IMG/VR virus record: IMGVR_UViG_3300038465_000091
Span: 159,507-223,506 of that record
Length of the DNA: 64,000 nt
Reading direction: 5' to 3' (one strand)
Part shown: positions 55,458 to 64,000 of the stretch, one piece after another
Layout: each line of letters opens with the position of its first letter
How positions within the stretch are numbered: the first letter of the stretch is position 1
Position numbers and translations under genes: made by a program
Notes under the pieces: generated by a model
What the model saw: the letters and a program-made list of their open reading frames with translations, nothing else
Told to the model about the DNA's origin: nothing
Databases searched by the model: none

Positions 55458-57545
55458 ATGGCAGACGAGAAGAAACCGTACAGCAGCATCGTTGACGCAT
55501 TCTTGGACGACCGCGAGCCCGAATGGAAGGACCTCGGCTTGAAGGACGCACAGGACTCAGGCGAGGAACAGTTGGATCGCTCTCACCAGTACGTCGATAA
55601 AGAGTTTGTGGACGAGATCGCGGAATCCGCCTCTCACCACACCCCTCTGTGGCCCGCTCGCACGGGCTCTGCCGAGAAGAATGCTCAGCGAGAACGTCTG
55701 GAGCGTGCCCGTGGCACCCACTTGGACCGCATGACAGCCAAGGATCAGCACTTTAGCGGCGTCGGTGGTTCGGATCAGAACTGGCGTGTACAGGCTACTC
55801 AGCACCCCGAAGATTACAGCACGAAGCTGGGCGACGACGATTCGCTGTTCGCGGAAGTTACGGAAACGTTGGAATCAGCAGCCTCATCGGGCAAGGTTGA
55901 GAAGAAGAACGTGTCGGACGCACAGGTTCAGAACTACGTCCACGCCCTGCTCAATCAGGGCATGGCACCTTCGAAGATCGCCGCGAAGCTCAAGAAGCTG
56001 GCTGAGATTGAGTTATTCAATCACCAGATGGCGACTCAGTACCTACAAGAAAATGCGGGACTCGTTGGGATGGCGTTCCTAGAGCCCAATACCTACATGG
56101 ACAAAAACTCCCCGACTTATGAACGAGAGAAGCACGGCAGCGCAGGTGAGAACAAGGAATTTGATACAAGTACAGTCGAAGGTCTCAAGGCAGCGGAGAG
56201 CTATAAGTCGAGGCTAGAAAATAAATACGATAGCGTTATCACTAAGTCTATCGGTCTCGACCGCGTTCGAATTACTGGAGGTCCATCCAAACAAGCAAGT
56301 TCGAGCAACGATTGCGTTCGTCAGCACGAGCAGTGGAAGAATGCGGGCATCACACCACGGGCGGCATCTGTAAAGCAGATCAGCGCGTGTACCGGATGTC
56401 AGTATTTCTCGAAGAACGGTAGCTCCAAGACCTGTGGTCTCTACCACTTACCAGTGGTGGGCAACACGGCTGAGCTTTCACCCATCGTGAACAAGCTGAC
56501 CGCAGGCGTGCCGAACAAGCAGAAGCGGGCGGCTTTGGTCCAGATCGCCAATGGCAATGGCACCAAGGTTGGTTCCATGCCCATCGCTCCGAAGACAAGC
56601 GCATCTGTCTCTCGTCACCCGAGTCTTGGCAGCGTAGAAGCGCAGGCGAAGCGCGTGGGCCGCACAGTAACGGCGGACTTCGATTCTTCGCACGTTGCAG
56701 CGTTGCATGAGAAGGGTCATTCGCTAAAGGCTATCTTCCGTGCGGCTGATAAACAGTTCGGTGCGTTTGCAGCAGGCAAGGCGCTACGTGAGTTCGTTGG
56801 CAGCCTGAGACCAAACGTCAATGGGCAGATCGTTCTCGCGAAAGTTGATGCGGAATTCCTCGCCAAGGCTGGGATGCATAATCAGAATTTTGTGGCGGGT
56901 GCAAAGTGTGCATCCTGTGCGACACATTCGGCGGCGGTGCAGAAGCACAAGTCAGCGGCGAATGTCGATTACATCTCTCGGGTTCCGCACACGGGATTCC
57001 AAGAGAGTAACCCCGATCAGGTACGTCACGCACACCGTGCGAGCAAACCCGAGCTTGATGCCAGCGTCATCGAGCGGTATCATAAGAAGGGGCACCCGCT
57101 GGAAAAGATTTACAAGCAGGCAGCGTCCAAGTTCGGCACCGCCCAAGCAAGCAAAGCCGTGAAGGAATTCATCGCCAGTCTGAAGCGTAAGCCAATCAAG
57201 GTTGCGCTGAGTCAGATCGACTGCTCGTTCCTTAAGAACAAACTGGCCGATCACAATCCGATTATTGGGGCACATAAGTGCGGCTCTTGTACGTATCGCA
57301 AAGGAATGCACTGCGGTCTGACGGGTGGTACGCTCTTGAGCTTCCCCGGTATGGACAAAACGTCGTCCAATCACAAGATTGGGGAAGGTGCGCCAGAGGA
57401 TGGGCGTACCATTCTTGCGGAGTTTGACTTGATGTCGAATTCAGGGCGTCCGGGCGACACGAAGATGGCCGACATCGAAATGAACACGGACAGACCCGAT
57501 GATACTCATCTGGGGAGTCATTTTGAAATGGGAGACATAGAGTAA
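55458..57545 (+). CDS. Putative head protein with a duplicated Zn-binding domain and K-x-A sites
   Basis: Internal repeat HEKGHSLKAIF..A.KQFG...A..EFV.SL...GAKCASC versus HKKGHPLEKIY..A.SKFG...A..EFI.SL...GAHKCGSC. Confidence 0.7.
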   Translation: MADEKKPYSSIVDAFLDDREPEWKDLGLKDAQDSGEEQLDRSHQYVDKEFVDEIAESASHHTPLWPARTGSAEKNAQRERLERARGTHLDRMTAKDQHFSGVGGSDQNWRVQATQHPEDYSTKLGDDDSLFAEVTETLESAASSGKVEKKNVSDAQVQNYVHALLNQGMAPSKIAAKLKKLAEIELFNHQMATQYLQENAGLVGMAFLEPNTYMDKNSPTYEREKHGSAGENKEFDTSTVEGLKAAESYKSRLENKYDSVITKSIGLDRVRITGGPSKQASSSNDCVRQHEQWKNAGITPRAASVKQISACTGCQYFSKNGSSKTCGLYHLPVVGNTAELSPIVNKLTAGVPNKQKRAALVQIANGNGTKVGSMPIAPKTSASVSRHPSLGSVEAQAKRVGRTVTADFDSSHVAALHEKGHSLKAIFRAADKQFGAFAAGKALREFVGSLRPNVNGQIVLAKVDAEFLAKAGMHNQNFVAGAKCASCATHSAAVQKHKSAANVDYISRVPHTGFQESNPDQVRHAHRASKPELDASVIERYHKKGHPLEKIYKQAASKFGTAQASKAVKEFIASLKRKPIKVALSQIDCSFLKNKLADHNPIIGAHKCGSCTYRKGMHCGLTGGTLLSFPGMDKTSSNHKIGEGAPEDGRTILAEFDLMSNSGRPGDTKMADIEMNTDRPDDTHLGSHFEMGDIE

Positions 57546-58070
57546 ATGGCAACTCGATACAATTACGAAGTCGGCACGGACGGCAGTACCAAGGAAGATC
57601 GCATTCCGGGCAAGCGTGAGACTAGCTCCAAACTGAGTGAGATTCGGGCAAAGATCGAAGACCCGAATGTCAGTCAGGCTGAACTCAGCAAGCTCATCGC
57701 TCTTGAAATGGCGGCGATTCTGGATGGCATGAACGAGCATCTGGACAGCCCGAACTCATCTATCAAGGGCATGGAATCTAACTTCGCCATCAAGAGTCTC
57801 AGCGAACAACTGAAGGGTGTTCGCGAACTCGGTCGTCAGATCATTGAGATGGACAACCAAGCGAAGCGCGATTTCATCAACTTCGACGGCGAGAAATTCC
57901 AGTTCGTCGCAGGTCAGTGGATGCAGATGGGCGTTGCAGCCCTCCGTGCTATGGGCTGGGATGAGCACACGGTCACCCAGTACGTTAAGCAGTTCCGTAG
58001 CCAGATCGAATTGAACGAACTCCGCATTCGTCGTGAAGCGGAAAACGTCGGCACAAACAAACAGAAGTAA
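57546..58070 (+). CDS. Helical hypothetical protein
   Basis: 174-aa ORF coupled to the previous gene. Confidence 0.7.
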   Translation: MATRYNYEVGTDGSTKEDRIPGKRETSSKLSEIRAKIEDPNVSQAELSKLIALEMAAILDGMNEHLDSPNSSIKGMESNFAIKSLSEQLKGVRELGRQIIEMDNQAKRDFINFDGEKFQFVAGQWMQMGVAALRAMGWDEHTVTQYVKQFRSQIELNELRIRREAENVGTNKQK

Positions 58071-58085
58071 CGAAGGGGAACGAGC

Positions 58086-61000
58086 ATGGCTAATAGCGTT
58101 AGTGGCAACTCAATTGCAAGCAAGAGCTTTCAGAGTCTAGCTATCTCAGAAGCATTGCTGAGCAAGACTGTCGAAGCGATTAAAGCGGGCGAAAAGGAAG
58201 CGCGGTCCACCGGGGTCCCTCAATCCTTCGAGGCCATGTATCGCGGGTTCAGGCAGAATATTGCCATCGGTAAAATTGTAGTTGTTCCTCCCGCCGTCGC
58301 TGACAAAAAGGGGCAGGATTTCCCCACGGCGCTTCTTTACGGCTGCCTTGTTCGCACTTTCGGTGGAGAAGAGATGGGCGATCTCATTTCTCACAAGATT
58401 GGTGATAGCGAATGGGACGAATATTCACAAGCTTCGTACAGTTCCATTAAAGAAGAACTGTTCGGCACGGAGGATGGTAAGTTTGCTTGCCTTGTGCTAT
58501 TTATTCCCAATTGGGTCAACAAGCGTGAGTACGTCGGCTTCCAGTTTCCGAAAGACGACAACCAGCTTACGAACCTGACACGCCATTTGGTCTTCAGTTC
58601 GTACTTCGACCCCCGCCTGTCTTCGGCATTCGATGCTATGATGACTGACGTGGAGACCTCGAAGTTCGATGTCACAGACATCACGCCGAAGCTGAATTTC
58701 CCAGCCTTGGCTGAGAATCCGCTGAAGGAATACCCGTTGCTCACCAAGGAAGGTTCACAGAAAAAGCCCCGCCTCGGACTGACCATCAAAACCGCCGATG
58801 AAGTCACCAAGGCTGTCTTGGAACCGCAGGAGATGGATGTGTTCGAATCTCTGGACACGGCTCTTCGCAACAGCCTCCTGCCAAGCGATTCCAAGGGCGT
58901 TGAGGATGCTTCCGAGGGTAAGGCTCCGACAAAGGGTGAAATGGTTCCGCGTCTCTCATCTAAAGAGGCCGAGTACCAGCCAAAAACAGGTCAACCCTGC
59001 ACTTGCCGCCCGGGTGTCCAACGTGACAACTGCCCGCAATGTGAAGGCACGGGACAGCGTATTGACTTCGCCGCTATCCGAAAGCAGAATGGTCCCAAGA
59101 GTGGTTCCACCAAGGTTGCTCACGGCTACATCGCTTTCTACGGCAACAAGCGCGTAGAAGTTCAGGCTGACACTCTCTGGGGCGCAAAGCAAAAAGCCAT
59201 CGAGATGTTGAAAGTTCCGAAGTCTAAGCAAGGGTTGCTCGCCATAGAACTTGCCGAAAAAGACGGAGAACAGGTCACCACAACAATCACGTCGTCCGCC
59301 ACTGCGGTATTCGAGACCCCGATTACAAACGTTGGTCCGGGCACCGAAGCTCACGACGAAGCCAACCAACGCACCGAAGGCTACAAGGATGAGAAGGACA
59401 CGCCAAAGGCTGTCATCAATAGCGCACCGATTGGTATCGCTCTCGACGAGACTGGCGTACCACGCCGTGCCGAGGAAGAGCGTAAGGAAAAGTCCGCCGC
59501 TCGGAATTTTTACAAACCGCCTACCGACCCTCAGGCCGAGAACGTCAAGGTTGTGGAGAACCACAAATACACCCAGTTTAACGAAAAACCAGACGGAACC
59601 TCGTACTGGAAGAGCCCCATCGGAACTACCGCTGTCCTGTACCCGAACGGAAGCTGGATGCACACGGGCGGCAAGGGAGATGGACCCAACGCTCTTAGCG
59701 AGCTTCTCATCAGCTATCACCACGAGAGGGTTCCGAAGGTCGGGAAGACTGCCGCTTATGGCGACCGTCGCGACTATCCGAAGATCGACCTATTCGTTAA
59801 CGGTGAGTACGTCGCAAGCACGACATGGGCGAGCAACATCAAGGAAGCGATCCAAAAGTACGAGGAAAAGAACCCCGGCCCGTGGGCTGGTGAAGTCAAG
59901 GCTCAATACGACAAGCGGGCTTCCGATAAGCAGGCGAAGCGCGTCGAGGGTCTCACTTCGACGGGGGATGTCGAACGTCTCGCGGCACAAACTCAGGAAG
60001 ATGATCTGAGCGCATCTGCAAGTGCGGCATGGGATGCAGCCCGCAAGGGCGGTAAAGAGGCTAAAGAGGGTCTCGAAAAACACGCCGACAAGATGAAGGA
60101 GTACGCTTCCAGCTTGAGCCAAGACAATCAGGCTCATCACGCGGTAGCCGATCACAAGAAGGAGATTGCCGCAGGTAAGTACGGGCCGACTCCACTGTCA
60201 ATCTCATCCTCGGAAAAGGATAAGGCGACCGATCCCCAAGCTGTCCGCGACCACATCAAGAAGAACGTCAGTCAGGCTCGTCAGGGTCAGGACGCTTTGA
60301 AGGATCACCATGCGTCCTTCGACGCCGAAAAATGGGGCGGGCTGGGCAAGAAGCAAGCCTCCGCTCTGTGGGTAGGCTCTGCTAAGAAAATCGCCGCTGA
60401 ATTCGACGAATTCACTCATGGCTATATCGAGACCGCTTTGTGGTCTTCGAATGATGAGTCCGATCCTAGCGGCGGACAGCCGTTGGATGCAAACTACGAC
60501 ATTCGCGACCTATCTCCGTCTTGCTTGCAGGCGATGACCGAAGATTGCGCTAAGTTCCAAGCGGAGAACGCCGAGCTTTTGGCTGCGGCATCCGAACAGG
60601 ATGGTCAGGACGGATTCCGTCAGGGTCATGATTTCTGGCTCACCCGCTGCGGTCATGGTGCGGGCTACTGGGATGGTGATTACCCGACAACGGGTGATGG
60701 CTTGACCGAGGCGTCCGAGGCATGGGGCAACGTGGACATCTACGTTGGCGACGACGACATGATCTATCAGTACGGTTCCGAAACAGGCGTAAGTGAGAAG
60801 TTCCCATCACACCAAGGACCCATGGCTAGTTCCAAGAAGGCTTCCAAGAAGACCGCTTCGCAAAACGATGCGTCCTACATTGCCAGCTTGATCGGTGGTG
60901 GATTTGGCGGCGAAGATTACGACGCTCGCTCGCAGCACTCCAAGACGGCTGCACAGAAGCGTGAAGACGAGATGGCTCGCAAGTATTCCTCTCAGCGCAA

Positions 61001-63773
61001 GAAGTTCGCCGACGTTCCTCAAGACATCGACGATATTTGGTCCGAGACGATGGAAGACATGGGGCCAGCCCCCGAGATTAGACTCCCGGGCGAAAGTATG
61101 GACAATGAAAAGTCCACCACGGGGGAACACGAGATCGAAGCTCCTGAGATGAGCGCAGACTCAAGAAGTGACGTTCCCGAGCAGGTCAAGGGCGATCAGG
61201 AAGAGCCGACCGTAAAGGTTGAAGAGGCTCTTGAGAACGATACCACCAAGTCCGAAGAAGACGAGCCGAGCACGGGCGACGATGGGGCATCGGCGGACTC
61301 GAAAGAACCGAAGTCCGAAGGTGGGAAGTCCGAATGGTCGAAGAATCGCAGCAAGGGTAAGTCAGAAAAGAAAGACGAACCAAAGGAAGAGAAAGAGTCC
61401 AAGGAAGCTTCGAAGATGGCAGCCGCCAACTCCAGACCCCGCCAGCGTGTCCATTGCGACCGCTGCGAGATGCTGAGTATTAACGGCACCGCAACCCACG
61501 AAAGGGGTTGCCCCAACCAGAATTCTCGTTGGGATTCCACTCGACAGGACTGGGTAAAGCAACGTAGGTGCGCTGAATGCGGAATGGACGTTGACGCGGA
61601 CGATCCGTGTTGTTCTGCGGAGCCTTCATTCGATGAAGACGAGGGACGTTTCGCTGGACTCGACACCATCCTTGCCGATGGTAACGAGACGGCACTGGAC
61701 CAAATGGAAGAAGCTCAAGCAACGGCACCCGCAGTATTCTACGAGTGCGGTGCCTGTGGCGGCGTTCACCCATCTTTAGAGACTTCTGAGAAGCTCGGAC
61801 TCGGCTGGAATGGCGACTGTCGCGATGAGAATGGTCATTTCGAAGAGAGTGACGTTCCTTTCGGAGACAACACCCAGCTCATCTCTTTGGATGAACAGAT
61901 GGCTCCAGATTTCGACGACACGATTCTGGCGTCGGGAGAATCCAAGACGGCGGACGGTGAACAGTTCTGTACCGAATGTGGACGCCCGATATCCCTCGAT
62001 ATGGACAGTGAGGGTGTCTCGCACCACTTAACCGATCTCGGTGAGATCGATTTCAATGCGGACGCTGACCATGTGGCTTTGGCAGAACAATTTGATGGTG
62101 GGCTTGAACAGTTCATGGAGCCCGGACACGAAGAGTCTGAGAATCCGTTAGCTGAACTTGACCAACTCATGGAGCCCCAGCACAAGCGTCGTCGCTCGTC
62201 TGAGGAAAAGACGGCAGATTATGCCGAAGATGATTTCGCATCTTACTTCGGAGAAGCGGGGAAAATTCAAGCAAATTACGCGGAAGGTGATGAGTTTCGG
62301 CTGTCTGAAGATGCCCTTGAAAATTACGGGGAAGAATATCGAGATGGGGTTTTTACAGTTGATGCAGTGTACGACCATTATGTTCCTTCATCATCGATGG
62401 GAAATGATCGGACAGGATCGCCCGGTTTCGATGAAAGTGCAGGCACCGCTCTTTACGGGTCAGAGTTGAATTTCGACGTGTATGAGTGGGAAATGGAGCC
62501 CGCAAACGCTGGGCACGAAGCATCCATTAAGCAGGCAGATACCGCTGACAATCCAGCAAACGAAGCGGACGGCGAAGGTGCCATCGAGGTCAAGACGGCT
62601 GGTCGCTCCTCTACACCGAAGTACGTGATTCGTATTCCGGGCTCTACCGACGCTGCGTGGAACGTGACTGGTTACGGGCAACAGCGCGGTGCAGGTCAGC
62701 CAAATCAAGCGAACCTCGCACGGTACATGGAAGCTCTTCTGAAGAGCATGGAACCCGGTGGGCATAACGAGCATCTGGTGGGGCATTTCGATCCAACCGA
62801 AGCTGCGATTTACCCCAACAACGGCACCTACAAGGACCCATTGGCTACATGGTCAAAGGAAGATGAGATTTATCCCAGCGATGCCGACAACGACAAAGCT
62901 CTCAAAGAAATTGAGAGTTCTGATGTAAGCGGCGACTTCTCGGAAGCTAATTCTGAGGTTGAAAGCCCAGACACAGTTGACACGGACATCAAGCAGCCGA
63001 CTGAATCGGTAGGCGAAGCTGGTAAGCACGCGGCTGACATCTCGGGGGATATCTCTGAGGCTAAGTCGGAAGTTGATTACAACAAGGCGGACGTTGCGGA
63101 CGAGGCACAGGCGACGGATACAGTTAACCCAGACCATTTCGCCGCTGAGCAAGAGTATTGGGATAAAGAAGCGGCGGATGGGTACGAAGTCCCTTCACAA
63201 TACCGTAAGGATTCCGCTGAGGACGATGCGGAACCCGCTGATGAGGAACCAGACGAGCAGCCCGCTGAGGTTGAGGACTCCGATGAGGGACCTGCCGATG
63301 AGGACAAGCCAGCAGCTAAGCCCGCCGAAACTGAAGACGAGCCTGCTGTGAAGAAGCAGACTGATGAGTCAAAGGGCAAGAACAAGCCCGCCGAGACTCC
63401 GGCTGCGGACGCGAAAGCGCCTGCGGCAGCACCAGCCGCACCCGCAGCGGCTCCAGCAGCACCAGCAGCAGTGGCTCCAGCGGCAGTAGCCGCTCCAGCA
63501 GGTGCGGGTGGAAATGGAACCTCGGAAACTTCGGGCAACGAAACATCGACCGAAACTGGCGGCTCAAGTCCGGGCGGTGCATCAACCGGCGGCGTAGGTA
63601 GCGGCATGGGTGGTGCAGTGGTCGCGGAACTCGGCACCGATGCACTTAACGCACATCAAGCTGATGATAAAACAGCGTGTGCAGGTTACGGCGATGAGGA
63701 AGATGAAGAACGCCGCATCGACTCGGGACTCGGAGACCTTGGCGATTTAGTTGTGGAGAAGGAAATCGACTAA
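58086..63773 (+). CDS. Giant mosaic polyprotein 2 (1895 aa), putative virion cargo
   Basis: About 230-aa globular N-terminal domain followed by many modules split by KTA/KEA/KVA/KSA/KQA/KIA/KFA/KMA/KHA; acidic tail. Confidence 0.75.
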   Translation: MANSVSGNSIASKSFQSLAISEALLSKTVEAIKAGEKEARSTGVPQSFEAMYRGFRQNIAIGKIVVVPPAVADKKGQDFPTALLYGCLVRTFGGEEMGDLISHKIGDSEWDEYSQASYSSIKEELFGTEDGKFACLVLFIPNWVNKREYVGFQFPKDDNQLTNLTRHLVFSSYFDPRLSSAFDAMMTDVETSKFDVTDITPKLNFPALAENPLKEYPLLTKEGSQKKPRLGLTIKTADEVTKAVLEPQEMDVFESLDTALRNSLLPSDSKGVEDASEGKAPTKGEMVPRLSSKEAEYQPKTGQPCTCRPGVQRDNCPQCEGTGQRIDFAAIRKQNGPKSGSTKVAHGYIAFYGNKRVEVQADTLWGAKQKAIEMLKVPKSKQGLLAIELAEKDGEQVTTTITSSATAVFETPITNVGPGTEAHDEANQRTEGYKDEKDTPKAVINSAPIGIALDETGVPRRAEEERKEKSAARNFYKPPTDPQAENVKVVENHKYTQFNEKPDGTSYWKSPIGTTAVLYPNGSWMHTGGKGDGPNALSELLISYHHERVPKVGKTAAYGDRRDYPKIDLFVNGEYVASTTWASNIKEAIQKYEEKNPGPWAGEVKAQYDKRASDKQAKRVEGLTSTGDVERLAAQTQEDDLSASASAAWDAARKGGKEAKEGLEKHADKMKEYASSLSQDNQAHHAVADHKKEIAAGKYGPTPLSISSSEKDKATDPQAVRDHIKKNVSQARQGQDALKDHHASFDAEKWGGLGKKQASALWVGSAKKIAAEFDEFTHGYIETALWSSNDESDPSGGQPLDANYDIRDLSPSCLQAMTEDCAKFQAENAELLAAASEQDGQDGFRQGHDFWLTRCGHGAGYWDGDYPTTGDGLTEASEAWGNVDIYVGDDDMIYQYGSETGVSEKFPSHQGPMASSKKASKKTASQNDASYIASLIGGGFGGEDYDARSQHSKTAAQKREDEMARKYSSQRKKFADVPQDIDDIWSETMEDMGPAPEIRLPGESMDNEKSTTGEHEIEAPEMSADSRSDVPEQVKGDQEEPTVKVEEALENDTTKSEEDEPSTGDDGASADSKEPKSEGGKSEWSKNRSKGKSEKKDEPKEEKESKEASKMAAANSRPRQRVHCDRCEMLSINGTATHERGCPNQNSRWDSTRQDWVKQRRCAECGMDVDADDPCCSAEPSFDEDEGRFAGLDTILADGNETALDQMEEAQATAPAVFYECGACGGVHPSLETSEKLGLGWNGDCRDENGHFEESDVPFGDNTQLISLDEQMAPDFDDTILASGESKTADGEQFCTECGRPISLDMDSEGVSHHLTDLGEIDFNADADHVALAEQFDGGLEQFMEPGHEESENPLAELDQLMEPQHKRRRSSEEKTADYAEDDFASYFGEAGKIQANYAEGDEFRLSEDALENYGEEYRDGVFTVDAVYDHYVPSSSMGNDRTGSPGFDESAGTALYGSELNFDVYEWEMEPANAGHEASIKQADTADNPANEADGEGAIEVKTAGRSSTPKYVIRIPGSTDAAWNVTGYGQQRGAGQPNQANLARYMEALLKSMEPGGHNEHLVGHFDPTEAAIYPNNGTYKDPLATWSKEDEIYPSDADNDKALKEIESSDVSGDFSEANSEVESPDTVDTDIKQPTESVGEAGKHAADISGDISEAKSEVDYNKADVADEAQATDTVNPDHFAAEQEYWDKEAADGYEVPSQYRKDSAEDDAEPADEEPDEQPAEVEDSDEGPADEDKPAAKPAETEDEPAVKKQTDESKGKNKPAETPAADAKAPAAAPAAPAAAPAAPAAVAPAAVAAPAGAGGNGTSETSGNETSTETGGSSPGGASTGGVGSGMGGAVVAELGTDALNAHQADDKTACAGYGDEEDEERRIDSGLGDLGDLVVEKEID

Positions 63774-64000
63774 TGGGCGAGTTTTACACCTATGTATACG
63801 TGCGACAGGATGGAACGCCGTACTATGTTGGTAAGGGCGTTCGTCGTCGAGCATTCATCGGTTATGGTCGGAGAGCACATAGACCTAAAGACGATGCTCG
63901 CATTTTTATGCAGCATTGGCCCGATGAGGCAACCGCTTTCGAGATGGAAAAATACTACATCCGTTTGTTTGGCCGTAAAGACAATGGGACTGGAATTCTC
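63773..64000 (+). CDS. GIY-YIG homing endonuclease (3' truncated)
   Basis: MGEFYTYVYVRQDGTPYYVGKG..RRAF...AFEMEKYYIRLFGRKDNGTGIL. Confidence 0.85.
   Translation, partial: MGEFYTYVYVRQDGTPYYVGKGVRRRAFIGYGRRAHRPKDDARIFMQHWPDEATAFEMEKYYIRLFGRKDNGTGIL

Noticed and set aside
57546-58070. Terminase small subunit
   Set aside because: Size and helicity fit, but there is no recognisable motif and no adjacent large terminase in the window.
1-64000. Stop-codon reassignment, as in some large phages
   Set aside because: Long ORFs tile the window in code 11, and TAA, TGA and TAG all end genes at sensible, often coupled, positions.

Overview
This window is part of a large (probably jumbo) myovirus-type dsDNA phage genome using the standard genetic code. 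It holds the tail sheath and tube, a head module (prohead protease, acidic scaffold, decoration protein, HK97-fold major capsid) and fibre/appendage proteins carrying four ice-binding-like DUF3494 domains. It also holds two giant mosaic proteins (1967 aa and 1895 aa), an early/accessory island driven by repeated leaderless TATAAT promoters, two DNA methyltransferases, about six free-standing GIY-YIG/HNH endonucleases and a 9-gene glycosylation cluster (GT6, GT31, GT11, GT2, NDP-sugar enzymes, methyltransferases). The best candidate for an undescribed system is a set of virion 'cargo polyproteins'. In these, dozens of small unrelated modules are separated by a recurring K-x-A/S/G motif. The same motif recurs in the scaffold and flanks the prohead protease, suggesting packaging and proteolytic release of many small effectors. 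Other highlights are a blood-group-antigen-like glycan pathway, DUF3494 domains inserted in frame into fibre linkers, and several structured intergenic RNAs, one with a textbook kink-turn. All family assignments come from motif recognition by eye; no searches were run.
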